64,000 bases of DNA, taken from Oculina patagonica (Eukaryota). A model generated the notes under the pieces. It made no database searches. It worked only from the letters and a program-made list of their open reading frames with translations, and was not told where the DNA came from. The stretch covers positions 1,550,001 through 1,614,000 of the forward strand of contig NC_135771.1 of the NCBI RefSeq assembly GCF_052425735.1, read 5' to 3'. The translations under genes were made by a program, and so were the position numbers. Below, piece by piece: positions 36,401 through 48,700 of the stretch. Within the stretch, counting starts at the first letter, position 1, and every line of letters begins with the position of its first letter.

Positions 36401-36516
36401 TACTCATCTCGCTGTACTCCTGTGTGCATTTCTTAGCATTTTTCTGTTATTTTAATTACATTCAATTTACTTTACCATACACTGTAAGGCCTGTAGCAAA
36501 GGAAAAGAAATCCTAA
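27476..36516 (+). CDS. ALG6: Dolichyl pyrophosphate Man9GlcNAc2 alpha-1,3-glucosyltransferase
   Basis: 15 exons: 27476-27560, 27678-27762, 30760-30849, 31059-31147, 31307-31392, 32019-32083, 32251-32427, 32980-33042, 33140-33221, 33771-33856, 34307-34391, 34520-34590, 35218-35286, 35872-35995, 36313-36516. Motifs: [71 protein letters not shown]; C-terminal di-lysine KEKKS. Confidence 0.97.
27795..28027. mobile_element. MITE in ALG6 intron 2; its right TIR is split by the LINE (remainder at 30217-30236)
   Basis: CTATCAATGTTAAGC...GGGGGGAGGCCGGGCATA / TATGCCCGGCCTCCCCCC...GCTTAACA[LINE]TAACATTGATAG. Confidence 0.75.
28028..30216 (+). mobile_element. 5'-truncated, internally deleted non-LTR retrotransposon (CR1/L2 group)
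   Basis: APE motifs ([31 protein letters not shown]) lie in the 27998-28999 frame. RT C-half motifs ([17 protein letters not shown]) lie in a second frame ending at 30018. The RT N-half is missing. AATAAA is followed by a (CCTTA)n tail. TAACA is duplicated at 28023-28027 and 30217-30221. Confidence 0.9.
31659..31912 (+). mobile_element. tRNA-derived SINE, degenerate
   Basis: tRNA-like head plus body CAAGACACTTTACTCTCA...TAAATGGGTACC. Related copies at about 6677-6830, 38351-38488 and 49165-49910 (interrupted). Confidence 0.75.
32084..32250 (+). other. U12-type (minor spliceosome) GT-AG intron of ALG6
   Basis: 5' site GTATCCTTT; branch point TCCTTAAC at 32231-32238, 12 nt before the 3' end; splicing restores HFQ|YN. 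Confidence 0.92.
33943..34150 (+). mobile_element. tRNA-derived SINE, second family (another copy at about 40260-40430)
   Basis: GCAGGGATGGCACAGTGGTGAGAG head, a B-box-like GGTTTGATTCC, and a GTGGGTTGAGTT body. Confidence 0.6.
34613..35068. mobile_element. MITE with AATCGAAC subrepeats in an ALG6 intron
   Basis: TTAAATCCATGCGTATCCAATCGAAC ... GTTCGATTGGATATGCTGGGTTAA inverted ends. Confidence 0.7.
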
Positions 36517-37363
36517 ATAGCAGATTTCCCTTCACTACACTAGAACCAAGTAGGCACAAAATTTTGATTTTAAATTAATCTTTTCAGGGTTTAGCTCTGG
36601 GTTATGTTTACATTACAGGGGTGTGGTAGATCCATCCAGGAGGGGTGCAGCACCAAGTACCGGTAATAAAGTTACTAACTATTTTCGCAGAATACGTTGT
36701 ATTAGAAAGACACAGGTCATCTTGGGGGGAGGGGGTGCACACCCCCTGCACACTCCCCCTACATGTACATGTAGATCCGCCCCTGCATTAATTGAATCAG
36801 GATTAATCATATCAGAGCTTTGCCAGAGAGTATAAATTATGTAGTAATTAAAGGTAGCAGGGGCAAGGAGGTCCAGATCATGTTTCATGCAGCAAAAATC
36901 AGTCAATTCACATTTTATAGTACATCATGTGTTGAATTATGTCTAATTGACAACATTTACAAACCCAAGGTGACCTGTCTGAGCCGTAGCAAAAGTGACA
37001 ACCCTCACTATTTTTATGTAAAATTTAAGACTTCTCCTGACCAATATTTCACAGATGTACAAGAGTGAATGAAGCTGCCATTATTTTCACTGCTTGTCTT
37101 TAAGATGAAAAGGATAAAATTTCTTGTAGACAAGTCTAATATATTACTTTTTATCAGAACAGAGTACATGACTTTGTACAATTGATTAATATTATAATAT
37201 CACCTTTGGATGTAGTAAGGGTCATCAAAAACACAATCAGATCAGTTTGATACAACTTGTTGTATGTTATTTTTTATTGGTTCTTTCTAAGCAAGATACA
37301 TTTGCAAAAAAAGTTATTAGTTTCTTATTAACTGGAAGTTACTTATTAACTGGAAGTTAATAA

Positions 37364-37432
37364 GAAGCTGACATTTTGACTGTTAGCCTTTCGTCTTTGC
37401 TCTGACGAAGGTCTAACACTTGAAACATTAGC
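37364..37432. mobile_element. Degenerate hammerhead-bearing Penelope/retrozyme-type remnant (two inverted copies)
   Basis: Plus strand: GCT-CTGACGA-AGG tctaaca CTT-GAAAC-att-AGC (37399-37432). Minus strand: GACGAAAGGCTAACAGTCAAAATGTCAGCTTC (37395-37364). Confidence 0.65.
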
Positions 37433-37452
37433 CTTTCAAAATTTGCTACAAC

Positions 37453-37599
37453 TACCCTGGGTACCAGAGGGTTTTTCTCGCACATGGTGGATACTTCGGC
37501 GGCCGAGTGGCAAAGCCGCGAAAAAATAGGGGGGGGGGTCACAATAGAGACATGATCGACACCGGAAACTGCACAAGAAAAGCCTCTGGCACCCAGGGT
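37453..37599. mobile_element. Short palindromic MITE (ACCCTGGGTACCAGAG.../...CTCTGGCACCCAGGGT)
   Basis: Clear TIRs; a related copy lies at about 14653-14755. Confidence 0.7.
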
Positions 37600-38492
37600 T
37601 AACTTCCACCCATTTGATAATCAAATATTACTTTCAAAGGTTCACTACTTTGGGGATTTGCTTACAGCTATGACTTTTTTGTCTGTCAATAGTTTTGGAG
37701 TGTCTTTACTCTCAAAACTCTATGGTTTATTACTTTGATATAAATAATGTACTTATTGTAACTGCTCAATAAGAAGAACAATCTACCCGGTAATAAAAGA
37801 GTACTTCACAAGGAACGTTGTTGTGGTTGATCTTTGAAGGAAGAATCAAAAAGCATTACAACACTCAAACTGTAAAAACTTCAATATTATTACAGTTTGG
37901 GTCTTGCAAGTTTTAATTCTCAAGTGATCAACATCTTTCCTGTCCTTACAGTAGTCTACAGGGTTCATTCTCTTCTTCACAAACCATTTTCCAGGACTTT
38001 TCCAGAACTTTTCAAGCACTTAGATTGATTTTTCCAGAACTTCAAAATTCACATTAACCCATTCACTCCCAATATCTTAACGTCTATTAATTCTCCTTGC
38101 TGTCTGAACATTTCTTATAACGTTGGTTTCAGAGAATTCAGTTTTTACTTTATGTTAACAGATTTCCAGAACTTTCCAGGATCAGTAGTCTTTTTCTAGG
38201 ACTTGTCAGTTCTGGAAAGTGCCACAATAAAATTCCAGGTTTAATTTCCAGGACCCGTACAAACCTTGAGTTTAAATTATATATTGTCATGCAGGCCAAA
38301 AGACTATATATATAGAACATCATGAACTAGGTGATATTTGTCTTACTATATGGGAGGTATTGTGGCTTAATTGTTAGCTCACTGGACTTCAGATCCAACC
38401 GTATGGGTTTAATTTGGGCCCACGCTGGGATCAATGGATTCAGTGTATTTTTGACCAGGACACTCTCAAAGTGTGGGTACTGGCGCATTTAA

Positions 38493-38836
38493 AGATGATT
38501 TCCAGTCCGTACTGCGCAGACTCAGGGTTTGTTTTCATTTTTGTTTTGAATTCGTTGAAACGTTACACTTCGGTGATAGCGTACATGAAGTTTTTTAGTT
38601 CGCCATTACGGATCGTTTCGTTCAAGAATTCACGATGAGCTAAAACGTCCATTTGAAATACTGTCGAGCTTCTTTTACTCATTATTATTGTTTTGCAAGG
38701 ATATCTGGCGTTAATAATGAAAAAAAAAGGTAAGTTTTGTCCCGGAATTTTTATTTTTGCTAGTAAACATTCTTCTGTTTGTGAGGCTCACAAACATTGC
38801 AGGCGGAGATTGCGCAGTACGGACTGGAAATCATCT
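38493..38836. mobile_element. TTAA-targeting (Kolobok-like) MITE inserted in a SINE
   Basis: Perfect 26-bp TIR AGATGATTTCCAGTCCGTACTGCGCA, with TTAA on both sides. Confidence 0.85.
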
Positions 38837-39245
38837 TTAAGATCCAGCCTGACTAATAAATAACTAGGAATTAGGAATAAATAATTTATTCCACATATTA
38901 TTATATAACAACTTCTCTCACTTCTGTGAAGTTTAGGATCTACATAGACCCAAAAGATCTACAAAATCTACTTGTACCCAAAAGATCTACGAATCTTTAC
39001 ATGTATGTACCAATTAACATACTGATTTGTTCACAACTTTGTCTAAAAGGTACATATAGCAAAAATCATTAAATACAGTTGAAATATGTAAACAAGCTAA
39101 TACATTATTATTCAATATATTTCCAAAATCTACCTAATTAAGGACTTTAAATAATGTATTTTTAAAATACTTATTACAAGTTGCATTAACTGAAACGATT
39201 TCAGTTCTTTTCCCTTAATTAAAATATAAGGGAAACTATAACAAT

Positions 39246-39538
39246 CTACATCTACATCTACATCTACATCACTTTTTTTACCCTCGGATTTGAAGAGTAG
39301 CTTATACAGCTAATATCTCCGAGCATTTCACAGTAAGCACAGTACAAGGGGCAAAGACCAGACCACAACACCGGGAACTCCATGCCCTACTCTTTACGAT
39401 GAGTGTGTGGGTTCTTTTACGTCCCCTGCTGACCATGTAACACTGAAGATGCAGGAGACGGGGCCTACGGTTTATCGTCCTTATCCGAGAAGACTAGAAT
39501 ATCTAACCATTTGCAGATGTTATTGCAAAGGCAGCATA

Positions 39539-39579
<41 letters not shown>

Positions 39580-39602
39580 TGGGACTCGAACTCGAGACCT
39601 CC
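39246..39602 (-). mobile_element. 5'-truncated SINE with Nin/Deu-like domain and (TAGATG)n tail
   Basis: B-box remnant at about 39580-39600, a GGGTTCTTTTACGTCCC domain, and a (CTACAT)n tail on the plus strand. Confidence 0.7.
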
Positions 39603-39729
39603 TTACATTTTATTTTAATTACCCCACATTAATCACATTCATTGTTATTTTGACACCCTGTTATCTTATGCCTATTTAATGTTTATAAAATTATTGTTTT
39701 TCACTATAATAGCAATAATTAGACTGTCT

Positions 39730-42700
39730 TCAAACACGGCAGTTCTGTATGTTGAATGTCACAATATCATGAGCACAAATTTCTACAAGGAGAGAAAAAG
39801 AGTATTCTAAATATATTAAATTTCTAGTATATTAATCAAGTGTCATTTTGTAGCAACTGCAGTGTAGATTTCTTTGAAAATGGAATTGTTGATCTTCATT
39901 GTCCAAATATGATAATTATCGTTGTCAGATAAGACAACGTTTGATCATGATGACATGGACATGGGCTTTACCAATATTCTCAATTATGCAGATGCAGATA
40001 TTGTGTTGATGAATATGACTCACAATGAAAATAATGTAATGCCAACAATTGAAGTGGTTTATACCCTTGCACATCAACTTACCCTCTAGTTTGTCTAGTA
40101 TGTGATTCTCTTCTTGTTGAAGTATCATGGACTGAACTGCTACCCAGTCACTGTCATCCAAAGGAGAAAGTGTAGCAGACCTCTGAACATAAATCAGATC
40201 AAGAAAAACATTACCCTCACTGGTAACTCACACAAGAGACCTTTGAGAAGCTAGGGGACAGATATGGCAGGGTGACAAGAGCACTCACCTCCCACCATTG
40301 GGCCCCAGGTTCAAATTCCACACCCCGAATCATATAATGGGTGGAGTTCGTCCTTGCTCTGATGGTTTTTCTCTGTGTTCTCCGACCCAGTTTTTCTCCC
40401 TCCACTAAGAGCCAACACTTCTAACTTGGGAATACACAACCCACATGCTTCTAGCTTAAAACACAACTGAGCATACAATCTGCTTGTTTTGTTTTTGATT
40501 TTAATTAAAAATAACAAGTGTCAGTCATTCTTCTTACCTTTCCAGGAGTTATTTTTAGTGCTTTTGCAAGATTTGTCCTTTTCACATTGTATTCAACCAT
40601 TACATATCTAGCCAAAAAAAAAAAAAAAATTAAACCAAACAAAAATATAACATTAAAAATGAAACTTATTTAAAACATGCCTCAGAGCAAAAGGTACAAG
40701 GATTAGTTCTATCAAGTACTCTTAAAAGTCTGACGTTGAGTTACTTTAGAATGAATTTATTATTGATGGATAACAATTAATTACATAATAAACAAACAGA
40801 AATTATATATATAATTGAATAATAATAAAAAAGGAAAGTCATGATACAAACTTGTTTGCATTGATGATTCCTTCAATTCGTGATTTTATAGTCTTAATCA
40901 CATCCTGCAGGTTGAAAAGTGTTGATAATTTGATGAATAGAAATGTTCTCTGACCATTCAAACTTCAAAGCAAACATCTCAACTGTCTGTTCAAACATTT
41001 GGTACCATAAGATTGCATTTTATTTTTCTTCAGTGAATTGCTTTCTTTATTCAATTTTAAGGTGGCTCGTACCAGTTTTTCTTATGTGGGAAGTCTGGTG
41101 ACTAGCGCGCGCGTCACGCTTCATCCATGGATATCCACGAGTCACGCGTGAGACTTGAAAAGGAAAACAAACATGGCGGCCCAGTGCGAGGTTGCTTTTC
41201 CTCAATTGAAGAAAAAATTCCGCGTTCAACTGAAGTTGTTTCAACAAGAACATTTTAAGTAAACTTAATGTTCGTCAATCAAATTGTTTTCGGATCTCAC
41301 TGCTCGAGTTACAAAAGCAAATTCGCATGTGCCTGATGTGCTACGATCGATCTTGTCGGAGATCGTGAGTCAATTCCACTTTTTTCGTTTCAGCTTATTT
41401 GAGTTCGCTGTCAAACACATGATTATTCAGACAAAGAAATACTTGAAAGTAAGACCTAAGAAGCTTAAGCACAACTGGCGCCAACTGAAACTGGCTAAAT
41501 CCCATGAAATCCTGAGCCGAAAAGTTTCGCAGACAAAGCGAGGGGAAGTCCACGCGTGTTGCGCGCGTATGTGCCCGCAAAGATCAGCGGTAGTCAGAAC
41601 TGAGCATGAGTAAATGCCAAACATATAAAATCGAAATTTTGAAGTGCGCGGAAACGCGCGTGGGAATTATCGAGTTCGCGAAGGCTTTAGCAAGAAAACT
41701 AACCCGATGACCCCTATTTTTTATTGCCCTAATATTTTCCTTTTATGTAAAGGAAACGTCAGAAAAAATCTAAAAAAATTCTACGAAAGGAATTTTTAAC
41801 TACTTACAAATTGCCCTTTTTTGCATTTGCAAAAAATCCGCTTCGTAGAATTTTTTTAAAATCATTATTAATACAGTTTCTTTTTCAGATGCCAAAAGTT
41901 ATCATGAGAAAAAAAATTGGGGTCATCGAGTTAGTTTTCAAGATATAAGCACCGGAAGCTGAAAAAGGGTCCTGAAAATCATTGGCTATCGTTGCCATGG
42001 TAACCACTGATGACGTAATTATTGGTATTTTGGAACAACAACACAATGGGTTTTTTAATCATACAAAAATTTTGTTACGATCTTTAATTGATTTTTTGGT
42101 CATTTTCTTCCAAAGGTCGCACAGTCAAAAACCTGAAAACTGGTACGAGCCACCTTAAGTTCATTTTTTGGATTATTGATGATTGATTTTTATTGGGCTA
42201 TTCTGAGCCCCAGGTTCTCAGAATGGGCACAGGATAATAATGTGTTATTTTGCAAGGTTTTTGGCTTGAATCCCCTTACGCCACTGGAAATCCCTGTTAA
42301 GCCATATATACCCTCCTTTAAAAATTTTGCCTTTTGAGACCCCCCCCCCACACACACACACACCTTGAAATTTCCAATGACCTTTCATGGTGTGGGAATG
42401 AATATTTTCTGGAACTGCATGCACAATGTACAAGAATATCTATGAACTGTCAACATTAATAATAAAACATACTAACCTGGAAGTGAGTATTAGGGTTTGC
42501 AATGAGCACAGCCTGTAAACAAATGTGAGAAAAAGAGTTAACTATTTTAACTACCAATCTATACAGAGGCCCTGCCAGGGGGGGTCCCCGTGTCGCTTGT
42601 CTAAATTTTAAAATGTGCCGTGTCGCTGTTTTATCAAACTTTGCGTCGCTGTCGTTACTTGTTCTTGTCGGAATTTAAGTTTTTCCAAAAGGGTTGTCGT

Positions 42701-45700
42701 TTGCCGCAATTTCATTTTACGTGCTGTCGCTACTTTTTGGACCATGTCGCTTGTCGGAATTTACCCTGGCAGGGCCTCTATACAGGGCCATAAGCAGAGG
42801 GGTGTGATCCATGGGTGCATCTGCACCCACTCACTGGCCACAAAGGTCTGCCTAATCGGGATGTGAGAGTTAAAATGTCTCTCAGAATGCAGGAAATGAA
42901 GAATTAATCAACTTTATTTTTCAAAACTTCCCGGGGGAGAATACCCCTGGACTCCAGAAGATGCTCATGCCTCTGGCCCACCCCTTCAAGATCCTGCCTA
43001 CGGCCCTGCTATAGCCTGCAGTTTCTTTACTACATGTATTTGTTATGACTTGAAGATACTAAGACATTTTTGCACCTCTGTCTCCAAAATTTCAGAAACT
43101 ACTTCAAGGCCAGCTGCTCGCATAGTGTCTCCAGTTTCAACAAGATCAACTAGAAGATTAAAAAAGAAAGAAAGATTAAAAAGAGTTTTTTGTAAAAAAA
43201 AAGATAATTTCTTTATGTGCAGTTTAAAAAAAATATCTATACCCACCACATGGAAGGTCATTAGAAATCAAAAGCCAAAATTTTAAAGGAAAGTATGGTG
43301 CTCAACTGGAATTTCCAGTGTGGAGGGGGGATTCAAATTTATTTAAAAAACCTTCTGTGGGAGGGGTATGGATATTATCTGGAAAACACAAGACAAAGAG
43401 ATGAATGAAGACACACTACTCACCAATGCCATCAGCAACTCCAAGGTTGCAAGCAACCTAAAATGCAATCAAATATTATTTTACTACCGGTACTAGTTAT
43501 AAACAGTAGCTTGTACCTGCCTCAAATTCTTTCCACTTCTTTCTTAGCGATTTAACAAATACGAGGAATAAAGGATACAATAATATAGCCTAATATATAA
43601 TTAAACTAACTCGAGCTCCACTTTTCACACAGTGGATGAACATTGAAGTTGTGTACGGTATATAGCTGCAGTTAAGTTTTGTTTTTACTTTACTTCCAAA
43701 TTTGGGTATGAATCAGTTTACTCAGTCGCCTGCGTGCTTGCACACAATTCCAGCAAGTACGTTTTTAGATAATTTAAACCTGGTCATCTTTAAAGACCAA
43801 TGGCAAACAAACACTTGAATTAAGCCACAATCAATAAAAATAATGAGCCCATGAGGTTCAGCAATATAGGAATACAAACAATTCACAATATAGGAAATCA
43901 TGCTTACCTCGACTGATCCACTGACATAATTTATTTTCGTTGTGTTTTGAGGATCAAATTGCTGTGTTAAAAAATAAAATTAAATGTATATGTTGTTGTT
44001 TGAAATAAATTTTGGTATTAACAACTTAAAAGTAGTAAAATCTCTTTTAATCTTTTGTCAGCAACATTAAAAACTCAGATTTATATAATACCCGTAATTT
44101 ATTTTACTTACAGCAAAGTACTTTCTTGCTACATTTGGAAATGATGTAACTATTCTCTTTCCTGTGGGGAGATTATAAATAAATTATAAATATAAATAAA
44201 ACAATGAATGAATGAATAAATAAACCATAAAAAACATAAATTAATTTTTGGTCCTCCCTTGTTTGATTTTATCAAGTTTCAATTCTACTTTTCTTTTAAC
44301 ATGCAAAATGATGCAGTTTGCTTGGATTAGGGGCGTTTACGTTCTCCTTGTATAGCAATTTCATTACACCACTTTCAGTGTTATGTACATAGCGGCTTTC
44401 TATGGACATCCATCTTTTGATGTGCTAATTAAACAAAAAAACATGGATCGAAATCTGCCAATCACAGCCAACTAACATGACCTTCTGACCTTGTGTGCTC
44501 ATTTGCATGAAAGGTGAATGCAGAAAGAAAGCTATGCATGTAACACTGAAAGGGCATATACTAAAACCCGAAACAACGAAACGAAACCACCGAAACGAAA
44601 CCACCGAAACCACCGAAACGAGCGAAACGAAACCGCCGAAACAAACGAAACGGCCGAAACGAGCGAAACGAAACGAAATCACCGAAACAAGCAAAACTTC
44701 AAGATTTTCGCCACTTACCGTACTATACACCCCGTTTAGCCTACTATACACTCTGATTACACTACCAATCTTAGTTCAATGAAAAACCCATGAATATCTC
44801 GTGGAAACCCCATGAACCCATTTTCATGGTCATGAAAATGGAGATTGTCAATTTCATGGTGTTTCTGAGCCCATGAATTTTCCGTGAAATATGAAGTAGT
44901 ATTTTTCATGACCCATGAAAAAAGATTTCATGGCCATGAAAAATGTTGAAAATTCCTAAGTCAGATTTCATGGGCATGAAAAATCCATGAAATCAAAATA
45001 AATGAAATTCACAACCCATGAAAAAACTTTCACGGCCATGAAAATTGGTAACAGACGGAAGTTGGTTTTCATGGCCATGAAATTTCAATGAAATGTAAAC
45101 ATATATATTTCATGACCCATGAAAAGCTCTAATATTCTGTAGATTTTGAATCGTATATTTTCTTGCACTGGGTCACATGTACACCTGTCATATGAAAGTT
45201 ATTTATGGGGCATGCACACAAACATTAGTAATATTCCCATGAGTTATCCAAGAATCTTTGGACACAAAAATAATGGTAAGAAACAACATATTAAGAGGAA
45301 ACTTGCGTATTTAATTTGCTACTTTTAGTGGTGAGCAAAATTTCACTATTGTGACCATATGTCAACTAGTACTGGAAACAAGTTTCAATTCACAAATTAT
45401 CCAAAAAATCTGTTCTCTTAAAATGCTGATTGACCATCTGACCAACATGATGAGCTATATTCATATGAAATTTCTATGAAATCTGAAGTGACCTGTAGAA
45501 CACACCAAATTAAAGACTGATTTTATGGGGCATGAAATTTCCATGAAATTTAAACTTACAATTTCATGACCCATGTAAAAGCATATATTCTTTTGGAGTT
45601 ATGAATTTCATGGATCGTAAATTTCCATGAAAGTATTGCTTATAATTAAGACATGACACCATGAAATATTCTTAACGCCTTCATGAATTATGGGTCATCA

Positions 45701-48700
45701 ATTAAGAAAACTACAACAGCTGAGCGGTATCTTGGCTTACATAAGTTTGAATCGATGAGCTTTGTTTGTATTCTATTGAAAATATACATATTTTTGCTGT
45801 TCTGAACAACCTGCATTTGTGTAAAATAATGCCAAATGACACCATTTAGCCTTGTGTACAACTAGTTTAATAAAATCACACAAGTTTCTTTAGTTTTGGA
45901 ATCTATTAAGTGGCAAAACAGTCTTATCCTGTTTATGTTGACATTCTCTCTTATATTGCCCATAAGCACTGCCTTCGTCCTGAAATTAAAAAGATAAAGA
46001 TAATTGATTTCGGAAGTTTGTTACCTTAGTGTTATGAATAAAATGCGGCTGTTACAGCTATAATTGATTCACCATTTGGATTTGCATTATTGCTCCTGTG
46101 CGAGTGTCTGATCTAGTACAAGAAACTCACCATCCTAGCCTTTGATGTTAATTTAACGCTTAAAATCGTTTCTAGCATCAATAGGTTTAACAAATTTTAT
46201 AATTTAAGGCGCAAAGATTTCTGTTTACCTGCTGAAAAACTGCAGGGATTGGCCTGTAAAAGTTGTGTGGACTGCAGCACCGCATATTCTTGGTTGATCA
46301 TTGTCTTGCCAACGAAAATCCAAACTTTTCAACCTTTCAGAATTTGAACCGATTGGAATAACCAAGGGCATCTTGATTTGTGGCTACATGTCCAGCTTTA
46401 TAGTACAAGCGTATTATAAACTAAGTAAAACACTGTGTTTCTCTTCTGAAAATCGAGTACAGCAACACTCCGCCATGTTGAATCCATCCCATGATGCTTT
46501 GGGAATTATGTTAAAATGGTACTTTTGACCAGCGGATTGTCATTCCAAAAGTCGTTTTTTTCTGGCGGTAATGTTGAATCGATCTGTCTCTGGCAATTCT
46601 GTTTAGTTGTATTTATCATGAGATTCCCTTCAAAATTGCACGTAAAAGATCAAGTAAGGATCGTAAATGTTTCAGAGAATGGAAAGCAACTACGGGCAAG
46701 TAAGTATTAGTGTAGTTCAAGAAGAAGACCATCAAATCCTACCCAGCGATAGAGCACTTAATTACGTAACTGAAGTTGATCGTCGACTTAAGCTTACATT
46801 TGTAAAACAAACTTTTAGCTTATATCAGCACTGATTTTTTGATATATTTATTCAGCTGAAAAACTAAAAGAAAGCTACTGCTCCTTGAATGTTTTGAACA
46901 CTTGTAACTTACGAAATTCGTATACACAATCACTGGTGATGCGCTTTTCTAAAGACTTACAAGTAAGATTATTACCGACCTTGTATGTTGCTTTGTATTT
47001 TATTACAGCTTTTGAACTTCCAATGAAAGCAGGATAGCTTGAAAAAAACAGAGTTACTCAATGAACGCTAAGTGTAAAGAATGTTATGTTATGTTAAAAC
47101 AAGGTTATAATTTTTTTTTTATATATATGAATCAGCTGTAGAATATTTGTGAATTAAGTCTTACGTCTGTTTAGAGACCCTTTCTTTTCATGTTTGACAC
47201 ATTTGGTATGAGCTGAGCTTTTAATTGCAATGCAGTTGTATTTTGTGTTATTGTTATAGAAATAATACATTGTTGTTTAACATTAAACATTTCAATGAGA
47301 AAATGAATGTAACTTGTGAAACAATATCTGACTGACTTTAGAGAATTTTGGTATGTTTCTTTGTATAATTTTATTGTTTATGGACTATATATTGATGGCA
47401 TATTCATGGGGTGCAGCAGTGATTATTCACCCCATGAAAGTAACGGAGGGCCGGATTTCATGGGCCATAATAATGCTGTGAAAAGGCCATGAAAGTAGTG
47501 GGAAAATTTTCATGGGCCATTAAAAACTCCCCGTTCAGGGGTTTTTCATGGGCCATGAATTTTGTATCCCATGAATTTTCACACCATGAAAATCTGGTAG
47601 TGAGTTTCATGGCTTTGCTTTCTAAACCATGAAAATCTCATGAAATTAATTAATGGCATTTTCATGGATTTTTAATGACTTTTCTTTTCAGACTAGAAAT
47701 TTCATGGCCATTAAACGGGAGTTTTTAAGGTGATTTTCATGGCATTTTTAATGGTAATTTCATGGGTCCACTCCATGAAAAACCCCTGAATTTAAGCCAT
47801 GAAAAAGCTGTTAAAAAGTCATGAAAAACCTGTGATTTTCCCATGAAAATATTCACAGGATTTTAATGGGTTTTGGTTTCCTAGTGTTAGCCTACTATAA
47901 ACCCTGGTTAGCCTACTATACACTCCTGTTAGCCTACTACACACTCCGGTTAGCCTACGTTTCACTTAGGTTAGCCTACTATGCACTCCGGTTAGCCTGT
48001 TTACGGTTAGCTCTCAATAATTGTAATGGGTTTTGCTTGTTTCGGTGATTTCGTCTCGTTTCGCTCGTTTCGGCCGTTTCGGTTGTTTCGGCGGTTTCGT
48101 TTCGGTCGTTTCGGTGGTTTCGCTCGTTTCGGTCGTTTCGTTTCGGTGGTTTCGTTTCGTTGTTTCGGGTTTTAGTACATGCCCACTGAAAGCGGGTGTA
48201 TTGTACCTGATTTTCACTTCTTTATACAGTACTATATTATAAAAAAATCCCTCCAATAAAAATGATAATAATATGGATATCCATACCAACAAGTTCCTCT
48301 GCACTTGTAATGTTTGATGTAACAGCTGCCTGTTGGTAAAAAAAAAAAAAGAATTGACTGAAATTACCAGCTCATTGAATATCTACAGTAAACTTAACTG
48401 ACAACAATCAGGCAACAGTAAGCTGGGGATGTGAAAGTGATGAGGCAAAAGTTATTTGGTATCTGCAGAAAGAAGGTGATCTGTGGAGTTAAGGAAATTG
48501 ACTTCAGACTGACAAGGTAAAGGTCACAACCACAAAGAAAGGGCGACCTTTGACTGCTGATCAGAGAGGATTCGTAAATTGTCCCATTACTAACCTGTAC
48601 TGCAAGTTTACACTTGCCAAAACCAAGCTTTAAAAGTTCATGAACTGAAATAAAAAAATGCTGATCAATAACCAAAAGTCTTGTTTAAGTATTTACAAAG

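Noticed and set aside
44780-47870. CRISPR-like spacing of CCATGAAA motifs (likewise the 62084-62340 repeats)
   Set aside because: The motifs are short, irregularly spaced and in both orientations, and there are no cas genes. They are subterminal TE repeats in a eukaryote.
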